The translations under genes were made by a program, and so were the position numbers. From the human T2T-CHM13v2.0 reference genome, Homo sapiens: DNA of 64,000 nt. Within the stretch, counting starts at the first letter, position 1. Every line of letters begins with the position of its first letter. This document shows positions 28,413-45,037 of the stretch, in pieces. The stretch lies in NCBI RefSeq assembly GCF_009914755.1, contig NC_060932.1; one strand, 5' to 3'. The notes under the pieces were generated by a model. The model was not told the DNA's origin and did not search any database. It saw only the letters and a program-made list of their open reading frames with translations.

Positions 28413-29041
28413 CTCCACAGGCTGAACACCAGAGTCTACTCTTTTGAGCCATGCCTTGTGGTGTCTTTACAGGACACCTGCAAAGCTAACTGTGAGACGG
28501 ATCGCATAAGGTCTATGACGCAGGACCTTGAGTCAACGAAGAGGCACAGCAGAGGGGCTTTGCTAGTAGAAGTAGGTGTTTCAATATAAGAGCGTATTTC
28601 ATGGACTTTTTTTCAACAGCACCAAAGAAGCCAGTACAAGCCTACCAGGAGGCTGCATTCTCTGAACTACTATTGATAAATTGTTCAAGGACATGCCAAC
28701 TCTCCATGTAGCATGTAGCTTCCACAGCCCATCCCAGCAGAGAGGTAGGAGACAAAACTGGGATGGGCATTTAAAAATCTATCTTAGGCTATTTGTGTTA
28801 CCACTATCTAAACATTAAATATTCTCACTTTAAAGGTCACAAATCTCAAAACACTCTACTAAAGGTGGAAGGGTTTTCCCTAATCTTTGTGTCACACAAT
28901 ATGAAGGTGATGAGATGCGATTTTCTAAGGTAAAGCTAAGATACAGAGGGAAGAGGTGACCAGACTTGAGGAGGACCATCTCCTTGAGAAATATGGGGAA
29001 TCTTTCCACTATGTTCTGAAACAAGTTAAATCTTACTTCTC

Positions 29042-29645
<604 letters not shown>

Positions 29646-29783
29646 TTAGCAGGCAGAATGTTACACTGCTGGTGATTCCACCTTCTCACTTTCTGTTATG
29701 TCCTCCCTGTCACTTAACGTTTATTTTAATAAATCACCGTTTCTGTTGCAAGGATAATACTGAGAAGTATAACAACAATGGCA

Positions 29784-30402
<619 letters not shown>

Positions 30403-30407
30403 TATTC

Positions 30408-30701
30408 TTTTTTTTTTTTTGAGACAGAGTCTCGCTCTGTCACCCAGGCTGGAGTGCAGTGGCACAATCTTGGCTCACTGCAAGCTCCGCCTCCTGGGTT
30501 CAAGCGATTCTCTGTCTCAGCCTCCCCAGTAGCTAGGACTACAGGCGTGAGCCACCACACCCAGCTAATTTTTGTATTTTTAGTAGAGACGGGGTTTCAC
30601 CATGTTGGTTAGGCTGATCTTGAACTCCTGACCTCAAGCGATCTGCTCGCCCCAGCTTCCCAAAGTGCTGGCATTACAGGTGTGAGCCACCGCACCTGGC
30701 C
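30408..30701 (-). mobile_element. AluS, tail-to-tail with the preceding AluY
   Basis: T-run starts 5 bp after the A tail of the upstream Alu. Confidence 0.92.
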
Positions 30702-30984
30702 ATTTTTCTCTAAGAACGTCTTAAAACAATCTTATATAATAATTCATCTAAGTATGTGAGGCTTGTCTCTCTTTTACCTTTATAAACATGTGTTCATCCA
30801 AATATGACCTCAGCTTTCTTGTGTGAGAAACCAGCGCCACAGACTTCCAGCTTAATGTAAACTTCCAGTTTACATTACATTGGCAGTGCTGGAGAAACTG
30901 AAGACCCACTGACCCAGCACATGCACCCCGGAAGCACCAGATCTTGGCAGTAATAACCATTCCTAACTTTCTAAAACACAGTGT

Positions 30985-31175
30985 GCCACGAACAAAGTGT
31001 TTCACAAGTCTTAATTTACTGAGTCCTCACAACAACCCTATGAGGCCAATATTATTAGTGTTCCCATTTTACAGATGAGAAGCCAAAGGCACAGAGACCT
31101 TGCCGAAGACCACAAAGCCAGTAAACAGAAGAGTCGCGACTCAGAGGCGGGCAGCCTGGCTCCAGAACCCGCCCT
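30985..31175 (-). mobile_element. MIR
   Basis: cctcacaacaaccctatgagg...cccattttacagatgagaagccaaaggcacagaga. Confidence 0.8.
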
Positions 31176-32109
31176 CCTGTCCACTCTGCTCCCCTGCCTC
31201 TCAGGAAGACAGCTGGCTACACCAAGTGCAGGGAGCGAGGCGCCACCCCCATTCATTCACTCCAAGCATTTATGGCTACAGAGCCTGCGCCCAGGGCGGT
31301 TTATGGAATGAGTCTCCTCGATTTACAGCCACACCTCCTATCAAATCGCCTTTCCCTCCCCCGGCGCGAGAATCGCACCTTGCTCCTTGTGGATCGGGCG
31401 CCGCCGACGGAACCACCTGCTGTCTATAGAGGGCACCTAGGACGCAGCGTCCAATTCCCCTCACTGGCTTCAAAAGACAAATCTCCGTATTGTTGTACCA
31501 GGAGGCACGAGAAGCCTCACCACTGTAGGTTTTTCAGCAGAGGTCACTGGAGGTCTGGTTAAACCCGTACAGCACTGAGGGGGAGGGGGCCCGGCTGCGT
31601 TTCCGAAGCTGCGCAGCGCCCACAGCAGCTGCTGGTGGGAAGCGGCTCGGAACACACCCACAGCTGCCAAGGAGCCGGCTGCACGTTTTAAAATAAAAAA
31701 CGTCCTGGGCCCCAAAATGCACAGCCCGCCTCTCTCGCCGCCCTGGGCACGGAACGCCGCCTCCACCCACAGCACTCCAGCAACTGGGAAGCAACCGGGA
31801 AGCAACCGAGGGAATTCCAGCTCGGGGGGCAACCGGGAGGGGAAGGCTCCGAGCGCCGGAGCCCCAGCCCGCGCCTGCCGCAGAGGCGAGGCCGCAGAGC
31901 CCACCCGCAGGCGGCCATGACCCCACCTGGAGACGCCCATGTCCGCTCCCTGCGCCCCGGGGACAAAGCCCGAGGCTGCACCGCAGCGCACCGCAGCCCT
32001 GCACCCGGGCCGCCCTTCAGGACGCGGGCACCAGACCCGACCGGCGGGCATCCACCTTGTCCCCACTCCGACGGCGCCCGGGAATGCGGCCGGTGCCCCG
32101 AGCTCAGGC

Positions 32110-32460
32110 TGGGCACACGTGCACCCACACCCACCACGGGCGGGGTCCCCTCACACCCCCCTCGGGCAGGGGCACACTCACACCCATCTAGGGCCGGGCA
32201 CACTCACACCTCCCTCGGGCAGGAGCACACTCACACCCCCCTGGGGCCGGACACACCCACACTCCCCTCGGGCCGGGCACACTCATACCCACCGTGGACA
32301 GGGGCACACTCACACTCACTCTGGACAGGGGCACACCCACACCCACATTGGGGCCGGGCACACTCACACCCACCTAGGGCAGGGACACAACTCACTCTGG
32401 ACAGGGTACAGTCACACCCACTTCGGGCCGGGCACACGCGAACTCACCCACCCTCACACT
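32110..32460. repeat. Degenerate 26-27-bp minisatellite just inside intron 1
   Basis: gggcacactcacacccccctcgggc(a/c)g units, about 13 copies. Confidence 0.8.
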
Positions 32461-32740
32461 CCCAGCCCGGCCCGTCGGCGCGCACCCGGGCCCCGCGCGG
32501 CCTCGGCCCCTCGAGCCTCCGCGCCCCCCGCCCGGCCGGGCCCCGCACACCCACGCCCCCTCCCTCCACGGCCCAGTCACAGCCCCTCCCGCCGCTGCAG
32601 TCGCCGCGGGCCTGGATTCCTTGCGCTGCCGGGCCTGGAGCCTCCGCCGAGGCTGGGCCAGGACCACGGGGACCGCAGCGCCGGCCCCTCCGCCATCTTC
32701 CTGGCCCGCGCCGCCCACCGCCCGTTGCCCGCGCTCTCAC

Positions 32741-32930
32741 CGGCCGGCTGCGCGCGGGCCGCGCCGCCACAGTCCCTCATCCCGGCCCGCGCGACGCGCG
32801 TGAGCCAGCCGCCGCTCCCCGGCCTCTCTGCTGCTCCGCCGCTGCTGCCGCGGCAGCCCGTGCTGTCGGCGTCCTCCGCCGCCGCCGCCGGCCCAGTGCG
32901 CGGCGGCCGCGCGTCCTCCCGTCACCAAGC
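32741..32930 (-). other. ARHGAP39: Probable non-coding first exon (tentatively ARHGAP39)
   Basis: GGC-rich leader ending in donor CCG|gtgaga at 32741/32740; upstream ATG at 32780; 5' end approximate. The gene name is inferred from recalled 8q24.3 layout (long first intron, two further CpG islands, ZNF34/ZNF517-like KRAB neighbour), not from coding sequence. Confidence 0.55.
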
Positions 32931-33759
32931 GCAACCCCCCGCCTCCGGCTCCGCCCCCGCGGCGGTCACTACCCGCCGCCAGGGGGCACTGCCTCGCGAG
33001 GCCGCATCACGCATGCGCTGGCGCGCGGCATGCCGGGAGCCGGAGTCCCGCGGAGGGCGCGCGCGGCATGCTGGGAGCCGCCTGGCCCCGCCCCGTCGCC
33101 GCGCCAGAGGCCTCCCGCGCGGACCTACCCTGTGAGTTAGCGGTGTCTTCCCGTCTCTTTCGGTGCAGAGCAGTTACCATCTGACACGTCTCGGTGTGGT
33201 TTGGTGTAATTTTGCCCTCTCAAACCACGTTGGGCTTCCCGAGTCTGAGATTTCACTTTTCTTCGACTCTAGAAATACAGCCATTCTTCTCAAAACGTGG
33301 GCTGCCCTGTTCCTCAGTCCTTCTTGTGGCGGGCTCGTGTCTCTTCACCTCCTGTTATTCTCACCTTTTTAGTCCTGTCACTTTTACTCGGTAATTCACT
33401 CAGCTGCAGCTCGACTAGTGCTCTATTCGGCGTTTTCTAATCTGCGTTCAGCCTGGTTTTCTAGATTCTCTTAGTGCCAGGTGCGTTTCTGGAAATTGAA
33501 TCTGACTGGCATTTCTGGAGAAACGGAGGCTAAACAGCCTGAAGCTTCGATAGTAGAAGACAGGGGCGCACACCCTTCAGTCCTGGACATTCCCTGGGTC
33601 CTCAACTGTGAGAAGCCGCAAAGGGCTGAAAGGCCCCCGTCAAAAGTCATCCGTGGAGCTCCACCTCCTGCCCTGCAGCTCAGTCGCCTTGCAGGGACTC
33701 TCCCGCCTCAGGAGATCTCCCGTCGGGCTGTCTCGCCGCCCGCGCTTCCCTGTTGGGCC

Positions 33760-33955
33760 GTCGTCACACTTCACTCTTCACTCTTATACACAGGGCTCTG
33801 CTTTTTCGCCTCCCGCTCCCTCTCCACTGTATTCACTTAGAAAACCCAACTGGGCGAGCCCAACCCTTCTCCTCCATGACTGCTGAAGAAAATCACACAT
33901 CCAGGCTGACTGCCTTCACCTTAAACTTGTGACAACACACTAGCAGTGAGCACTT
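33760..33955 (+). mobile_element. L2 ORF2 fragment running into the VNTR
   Basis: ctgctgaagaaaatcacacatccaggctgactgccttcaccttaaacttgtgacaac resembles recalled L2 gctggagaaaaacacacaaccatgctgactggtctcactttaaattcatgaccac. Confidence 0.6.
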
Positions 33956-36486
33956 CCCACCCCCGTGACCACACACTGGCGGCGAGCACTTCCCACCCCC
34001 GTGACCACACACTGGCGGCGACCATTTCCCACCCCTGTGACCACGCACTGGCGGCGAGCACTTCCCACCCCCGTGACCACACACTGGCGGCGAGCACTTC
34101 CCACCCCGTGACCACGCACTGGCGGCGAGCACTTCCCACCCCCGTGACCACACACTGGCGGCGACCATTTCCCACCCCCGTGACCACGCACTGGCGGCGA
34201 GCACTTCCCACCCCCGTGACCACGCACTGGCGGCGAGCACTTCCCACCCCGTGACCACGCACTGGCGGCGAGCACTTCCCACCCCTGTGACCACGCACTG
34301 GCGGTGAGCACTTCCCACCCCGTGACCACTCATTTACAGCGAGCACTTCTCACCCCCGTGACCACACACTGGCGGCGAGCACTTCCCACCCCCGTGACCA
34401 CACACTGGCGGCGAGCACTTCCCACCCCGTGACCACACACTAGCGGTGAGCACTTCCCACCCCGTGACCACACACTAGCGGTGAGCACTTCCCACCCCGT
34501 GACCACACACTAGCGGTGAGCACTTCCCACCCCCGTGACCACACACTGGCGGTGAGCACTTCCCACCCCGTGACCACACACTGGCGGTGAGCACTTCCCA
34601 CCCCCGTGACCACACACTAGCGGTGAGCACTTCCCACCCCGTGACCACTCATTTACAGCGAGCACTTCCCACCCCGTGACCACACACTAGCGGTGAGCAC
34701 TTCCCACCCCGTGACCACACACTAGCGGTGAGCACTTCCCACCCCGTGACCACACACTGGCGGTGAGCACTTCCCACCCCCGTGACCACACACTAGCGGT
34801 GAGCACTTCCCACCCCGTGACCACACACTGGCGGTGAGCACTTCCCACCCCCGTGACCACACACTAGCGGTGAGCACTTCCCACCCCGTGACCACTCATT
34901 TACAGCGAGCACTTCCCACCCCGTGACCACACACTAGCGGTGAGCACTTCCCACCCCGTGACCACACACTAGCGGTGAGCACTTCCCACCCCGTGACCAC
35001 ACACTGGCGGTGAGCACTTCCCACCCCGTGACCACACATTTACAGTGAGCACTTCCCACCCCGTGACCACACACTGGCGGTGAGCACTTCCCACCCCGTG
35101 ACCACACACTGGCGGTGAGCACTTCCCACCCCGTGACCACACACTGGCGGTGAGCACTTCCCACCCCGTGACCACACACTGGCGGTGAGCACTTCCCACC
35201 CCGTGACCACACACTGGCGGTGAGCACTTCCCACCCCGTGACCACACACTGGCGGTGAGCACTTCCCACCCCGTGACCACACACTGGCGGTGAGCACTTC
35301 CCACCCCCGTGACCACACACTGGCGGTGAGCACTTCCCACCCCGTGACCACACACTGGCGGTGAGCACTTCCCACCCCCGTGACCACACACTAGCGGTGA
35401 GCACTTCCCACCCCGTGACCACTCATTTACAGCGAGCACTTCCCACCCCGTGACCACACACTAGCGGTGAGCACTTCCCACCCCGTGACCACACACTAGC
35501 GGTGAGCACTTCCCACCCCGTGACCACACACTGGCGGTGAGCACTTCCCACCCCGTGACCACACATTTACAGTGAGCACTTCCCACCCCGTGACCACACA
35601 CTGGCGGTGAGCACTTCCCACCCCGTGACCACACATTTACAGTGAGCACTTCCCACCCCGTGACCACACATTTACAGTGAGCACTTCCCACCCCCGTGAC
35701 CACACACTGGCGGTGAGCACTTCCCACCCCGTGACCACACATTTACAGTGAGCACTTCCCACCCCTGTGACCACACACTGGCGGTGAGCACTTCCCACCC
35801 CGTGACCACACACTGGCGGTGAGCACTTCCCACCCCGTGACCACACACTGGCGGTGAGCACTTCCCACCCCGTGACCACACACTGGCGGTGAGCACTTCC
35901 CACCCCGTGACCACACACTGGCGGTGAGCACTTCCCACCCCCGTGACCACACACTGGCAGTGAGCACTTCCCACCCCGTGACCACACACTAGCGGTGAGC
36001 ACTTCCCACCCCGTGACCACACATTTACAGTGAGCACTTCCCACCCCTGTGACCACACACTGGCGGTGAGCACTTCCCACCCCGTGACCACACACTGGCG
36101 GTGAGCACTTCCCACCCCCGTGACCACACACTAGCAGTGAGCACTTCCCACCCCGTGACCACACATTTACAGTGAACACTTCCCACCCCGTGACCACACA
36201 CTGGCGGTGAGCACTTCCCACCCCGTGACCACACACTGGCGGTGAGCACTTCCCACCCCCGTGACCACACACTAGCAGTGAGCACTTCCCACCCCGTGAC
36301 CACACATTTACAGTGAACACTTCCCACCCCGTGACCACACACTGGCGGTGAGCACTTCCCACCCCGTGACCACACATTTACAGTGAGCACTTCCCAACCC
36401 CGTGACCACATACTAGCGGTGAGCACTTCCCACCCCCATGACCACACATTTACAGTGAGCATTTCCCACCCTGGTGACCACACACT
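33929..36486. repeat. 35/36-bp VNTR, about 72 copies (estimated from length)
   Basis: Unit GTGACCACACACTGGCGGTGAGCACTTCCCACCCC(C) with variants CTAGCGG, TTTACAG, GGCGGCG. Confidence 0.98.
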
Positions 36487-36532
36487 TAACTAATTAAAAA
36501 TATACAAAATATTTATAGAGGACATTTAACTC

Positions 36533-37175
36533 TTTTTTTTTTTTTTTTGAGATGGAGTCTTGCTGTGTCACCTAGGCTGGAGTACAGTGGCGCCATCTTG
36601 GCTCATTGCAACCTCTGCCTTCTGGGTTCAAGCAATTCTCCTGCCTCAACCTCTTGAGTAGTTGGGATTACAGGTGCCCACCACAACTCCTGGCTAATTT
36701 TTTGTATTTTTAGTAGAAATAGGGTTTCACCGTGTTGGCCAGGCTCCTCTCAAACTCCTGACCTCAAGTGATTCACCCACCTCAGCCTCCCAAAGTGTTG
36801 GGATTACAGGCGTGAGCCACCACACCTGGCCAAGGACACTTAACTCTTTAAGGACTTAAAAAGAAAATCTAAAGTCCCCACTAATGGAGGGGGACCTGTG
36901 TGGTGGCTCACAGCTGTAATCCCATCGTTTTTCCAGGCTAAGGTGGAGGAACGCTTGAGATCAGGAATTCGAGACCAGCCTGGGCTGCATAAGGCAACCC
37001 CGTGTCTACAAAAAGAAATTTTAAATTAGCCAGGCGTAGTCAAGAGGCTGAGGTGTGAGGATCACTTGAGCCTGGGAAGGTCGAGGCTGTGGTGAGCTGT
37101 GATCACACCACTGCCCTCCAGCCTGGGCAACAGAGCGAGACCCTGTCTCAGAAAGTAAAACAATAATAAATAAAT
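36533..37175. mobile_element. AluS (-, 36533-36831) and AluJ (+, about 36892-37175) in L1 sequence
   Basis: TSD aggaca(t/c)ttaactc around the first; L1 ORF2-like sequence continues to about 37500. Confidence 0.85.
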
Positions 37176-37851
37176 GGAGGAACATAGCACGCTCGTGGAC
37201 CAGGTGGTATAACATAGTAAAGATGTCGAGTCTTCCTAAAGTTATATAGAAATCCAAAATGTTAATAATCTTAATTCCAGCAAGATTTTTTGAGGACTGT
37301 AACAACATATTTTAAAAATTGCACAAAATAATATAGATCTAAAAATAGCACGTCCAATTGTGAAGGAGGACATGAAGGGGGACGGACCCTGCCAGAGATT
37401 AAGGTCTGCTCCTGAGCCGGGGTGTTTCACAGGCCCAGAAACACGCAAGGGAATGGAGCAAAGAGTTTAATCACATCCACACATCAAAACCAACGAGAAA
37501 AGGTCTATTGTTTAATAGAGCCTCTGTTTGTGAGCTACAGGGAGAAAAACAAAGTTGGATCCCTGGGCCACCCCGGGGTATTTACACATCCGTGTTCCTC
37601 TCCTAGGGAGGTGCCCAGGGCTCGCCTGGCGCATCACAGGGTGCCTGCAAGTTTGACTTTTTTTTTTTTACAAGTATTTAACTAGAAGTAAGTTTGACTT
37701 TTTAAGAAGCCATCACACCACTCCCAGCAGCTCTCGCGAGTTACAGCTTCTCTGCGTTCTCACTAACACCTGCTGTGGCCAGTCTTCTGGTTTTCTTTTT
37801 GTTTTTTGTTTGTATTTAAAATACATAACATAAAATTTACCATCTTAACCA

Positions 37852-39385
<1,534 letters not shown>

Positions 39386-39829
39386 CTTTTGTCCATTTAA
39401 AAAAATTGAGTTTCTGGGCTGGGCGCTTTGGGGCTCCTCAAAGCAGACTGAGCCACTCTGCTGGGATGGCACTGGAGACACAGCACCTGCCACTCGGCTT
39501 CTTTCTTGGCAGCTCTTCTCCCCGAGTCTCACCTCCTTGCTCCCCAGGTGACCATCCAGTGTGCAGACCTTGGCTCAGGACACTTCCTCAACTAGTGACT
39601 GTGTCTGGGGAAACAGGATTGATTTGCAGGCACAGCTGGCTCAGGAAGCCCCACAGACAGCTGCTTGGAGCCCTTTCCTCAAGTGGATCCAGGAGAGAGC
39701 TGGCTTTGAGGGCCTGGTGGATCATCCATGATGTCTGCCCTGTGTCTGCTGGAACCCAGCAGGATGTCCTGCTTGGACATCTGCACCTAAAATGCCAATG
39801 TCTTTGGTCTGGAATCATCTGATTGCAAG

Positions 39830-40431
39830 TGTGAGAAACAAACTCACCCGTCCAAACCCAAAGAATGGACTTAGAGACCAAGAGAACAGCGAAAGTGAGA
39901 CTTTTAATGATGGCCTTGCAAGGTCGGGTGTCTAGTAGGCAGGCACACCCAGCACAGTCACAACAAGCAATTTATCCCCTAGTGTGCAGGTCCCTCCCCC
40001 AGTTCCTCATAGGCTGAGTACTAGGGGGTCACAGTCTTCCCAGATGTCACCTATTGATTGTTATGCAGAGGCTGTAGGTGTTTTTTTTAGGGTTGTCTTG
40101 CTACATTTTGTTGCAGCCCACAATGCATTGCAATCCTAGTCAGCTCGGGGGCTCTTTAAGAATTTGATTTATGACCTAAGTAGCTGGGAAGGCTGATAAG
40201 AACAGACAAAGCAAGCTATTCTGCAGGCTAGTAAACTTTCATCTCAGACTAAACTTCTTTGGATCGGGTGAGGGCCATTAAGCGGCGGGGTGGCGGGGAG
40301 GGGACAAGAAGCCGGCATTGACTACGCAAGCAGGGGCCTAGTTTATCCTGTTTCTTCTGTAGTTTGCTGTCCTAAACCGATTCAAGGCACTTTGTCTTGG
40401 AAATGGACCACCGTATACATTATTTCCTTCA
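39830..40431 (-). mobile_element. Solo LTR, LTR18-like (ERVL)
   Basis: TG...CA ends (minus strand starts TGAAGGAAATAATGTATAC), ATTAAA near its 3' end, TSD caag(t); subfamily from memory. Confidence 0.65.
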
Positions 40432-41127
40432 CAAGTAGAAGCTACACAGGCTCCTAAAACTGAAGAGGACTCACTGGAAGCCATGGGAGCTTCTTACAAG
40501 CAGATGGCATGAGGCTGACAAAGGGCCTGGAAAGGGCTGGCACTGTTCTCTCCCCACAGCCTTTGGCTTCCCTGCTGTCTCTCCCCACCACTTCCCTCTT
40601 TCTCTCTCTGTCTCTTTCCCCCTCCCTCTCTCTGTCTCCTTCCCTCCCTCCCTGCCCTCATCTGGCTATTCTGCTTTCCATGCAGGGGCTCCCCAATGCC
40701 CCGCCCCAGCTCTGTGGGGTCTCTTGGCACCAACCCTGGCACTAAATGGGATGTGTGTTACTAGCCTAAGGAGGAGTGGGGGTGGGATCTGTCTCTGCTG
40801 GAGACAGACATCAGCCCCTCAGCTGTGCACCCACAATCATCTGGTCCAGTCAGCATGGCCTGGGGCAGCCGCAGGAAAGCACATGGACCAAAGCAGGTCT
40901 CACAGTGAAGCGATTACTTGCTTAACTATAAATCCTCCTCAAAGACATTCCCAGTTGCTGCTCCTAGACATGACATCAGCGACCACTGAAAAAGGTGCTC
41001 AATGGGGGCTGTGGACCGGCTTGCTCTTCATACAGGGACTGTGTGGCTCAGGGTTGGGCCTGCAATCCGCCGCACCACTAATGCTCCACTTGGCCCCCAT
41101 AAGCCATGGATGGCTTGGACTAGCTAA

Positions 41128-42108
<981 letters not shown>

Positions 42109-42159
42109 GTAAAATTCTTTGAGAGATTTGTTTCCCAATGAAAGCAGGTTTTGTTCTGG

Positions 42160-42660
42160 TGTTAGTTATTAAACAAATACTGATCACACACTGGTTTAGG
42201 CATCAGGGGTACAGCACTAAATGGAAAAGGAATGTCCCTGCCCTCCAGGAGTTTACATTTAGAAAGTTTGTGGGAAAGACAAATAACTAAGCCTGTCACA
42301 CAGTGCTGCCATATGGAGCCAAGTGCAGTGGGGACAAGTCAGGCAAAGGGGGGAGGGAGACGGGGAGGCTGCAGAGAGGAGGTCTTTGTAGACAACAGAA
42401 GAGAGGGAAGGGCTGAGCCAAGCAAATAGCGAGGGCAAAGGAGAAAGGCAGTACAAAGGCCCTGAGGCAGGAATGTGACCGGAGGCCTACCAAGAGGAGA
42501 AAGAGCAGACTCCACGTTCAGAGAGAAGGAAGGGGATGGCGAGGGTCTGGGGACCTGAGTGAGTGGATGGGTGGGGTGATGGGACTTGTGTTTTAAAGGA
42601 AATATTCTGGTTGTTGTGAGGAATAGGCTGCATGGGGCAGGGGCCAGGTGGTGGCAGGCT
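42160..42660 (-). mobile_element. L2 fragment
   Basis: aacaaatactgatcacac...gtccctgccctccaggagtttacatt...acaaaggccctgaggcaggaa. Confidence 0.65.
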
Positions 42661-43437
42661 TGGGGGAGCAGCAAGAGCTGGAGCCAAAAGGAGGCCAGCC
42701 TTGGTGGTGCAGCAGTGTAGGTGGCGGGGAGTGGGGTCTGCAGGGTCACCAAGAGGTTGGGTAATGAACGTTCACTGTTTCCATTTTCCCTGCTGCATGT
42801 GCATCCCTGGGCCCTAGCCTATGCACTGGCTCCCGTTTCTGTGGATGTCCCAGAGTGGAACGGCTCAGCCCAAGGACAGGTGCATTTGTGAATTTCAGAA
42901 ATGCTCCTAGATTTCTTTATAAAGTGCCTGTGAAAATGTACCTTGCCACCAGCTGTGTGTGTTAACGCCGTTCCCCCACTACATGAGTCAGCTTTCGCTG
43001 AGTTGTGCGGTAGTAACAACTCCCAGATCTCTGGCTTTTAACATTGGAGTTTCAGGCCTTTGTGTTATGCACCTGCTCTTTAACGATCTTCATGCTGGTG
43101 TCAGCGCCATAGAGTATCTGTCCTGGACAAGCTGTTTTCATGGCAGTGCGGCAAAAGCCATGCTGGAATCTTATGATAACATTTCAGGCTGCTGAAAGGT
43201 GGCAGCTGTTTCACTGATCAAAGCAACATCATCAGTACAGGGGGGCCTTCTCCTTCCATAAGGAGGGACACTGCAAGTCTCATGGGTGGGCAGGGATGTC
43301 GTAGGCAGGAGTTATTGCAACAGAGTACAATCGATCAGCACCAAGTGCTATTGCTTTTTACATTTTTGCCAATGTCATGAGTGAGAAGTGATTGTTCACA
43401 CATGAGTTTTAAGTTGCCCATTGATTAGTGAGGTTGA

Positions 43438-44895
<1,458 letters not shown>

Positions 44896-45037
44896 ATTCT
44901 AAGCACTTTCTATACACCATTAATTCATTTGATCCTCACCACGACCCTGTTTCATTGACAAGGACACCGAGGCCCAGGGACTGTCTCTTCTAGGTGACTT
45001 CTGAAAATGTGACAGGAGAGCCAGACACTGCATGTAC

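Larger units (their letters stand above)
31500..33780 (-). promoter_or_regulatory. CpG-island promoter of a minus-strand gene
   Basis: Very high CpG and GC; GC box 32951, CTCF-like CCGCCAGGGGGCAC 32976-32989, palindrome gcctcgcgaggc 32991-33002, NRF1-like acgcatgcgc 33009-33018, ZNF143-like GCATGC(C/T)GGGAG at 33028 and 33066, YY1 ccgccatctt 32690-32699. Confidence 0.9.

Noticed and set aside
31420-31440. CTCF-like tctatagagggcac
   Set aside because: Mismatches in the 5' CCAC half make it too weak to call without data
31470-33140. Long ORFs (407, 398, 198 aa) over the CpG island
   Set aside because: Stop-codon scarcity in very GC-rich DNA; Pro/Arg/Ala-biased with no recognisable domain
34545-36350. 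CACTGGCGGTGA in many VNTR units equals the 12-bp core of phage lambda operator OL1 (TACCACTGGCGGTGATA)
   Set aside because: The outer bases differ, no other phage or vector sequence is present, and one chance match is amplified by tandem duplication
33893-36483. Cys-rich repetitive ORFs (CSPPVCGH...) resembling keratin-associated proteins
   Set aside because: Products of the stop-poor VNTR, open in all three minus frames
33929-36486. CRISPR-like array (35-36-bp repeats)
   Set aside because: Units are contiguous with no unique spacers, there are no cas genes, and the context is primate DNA
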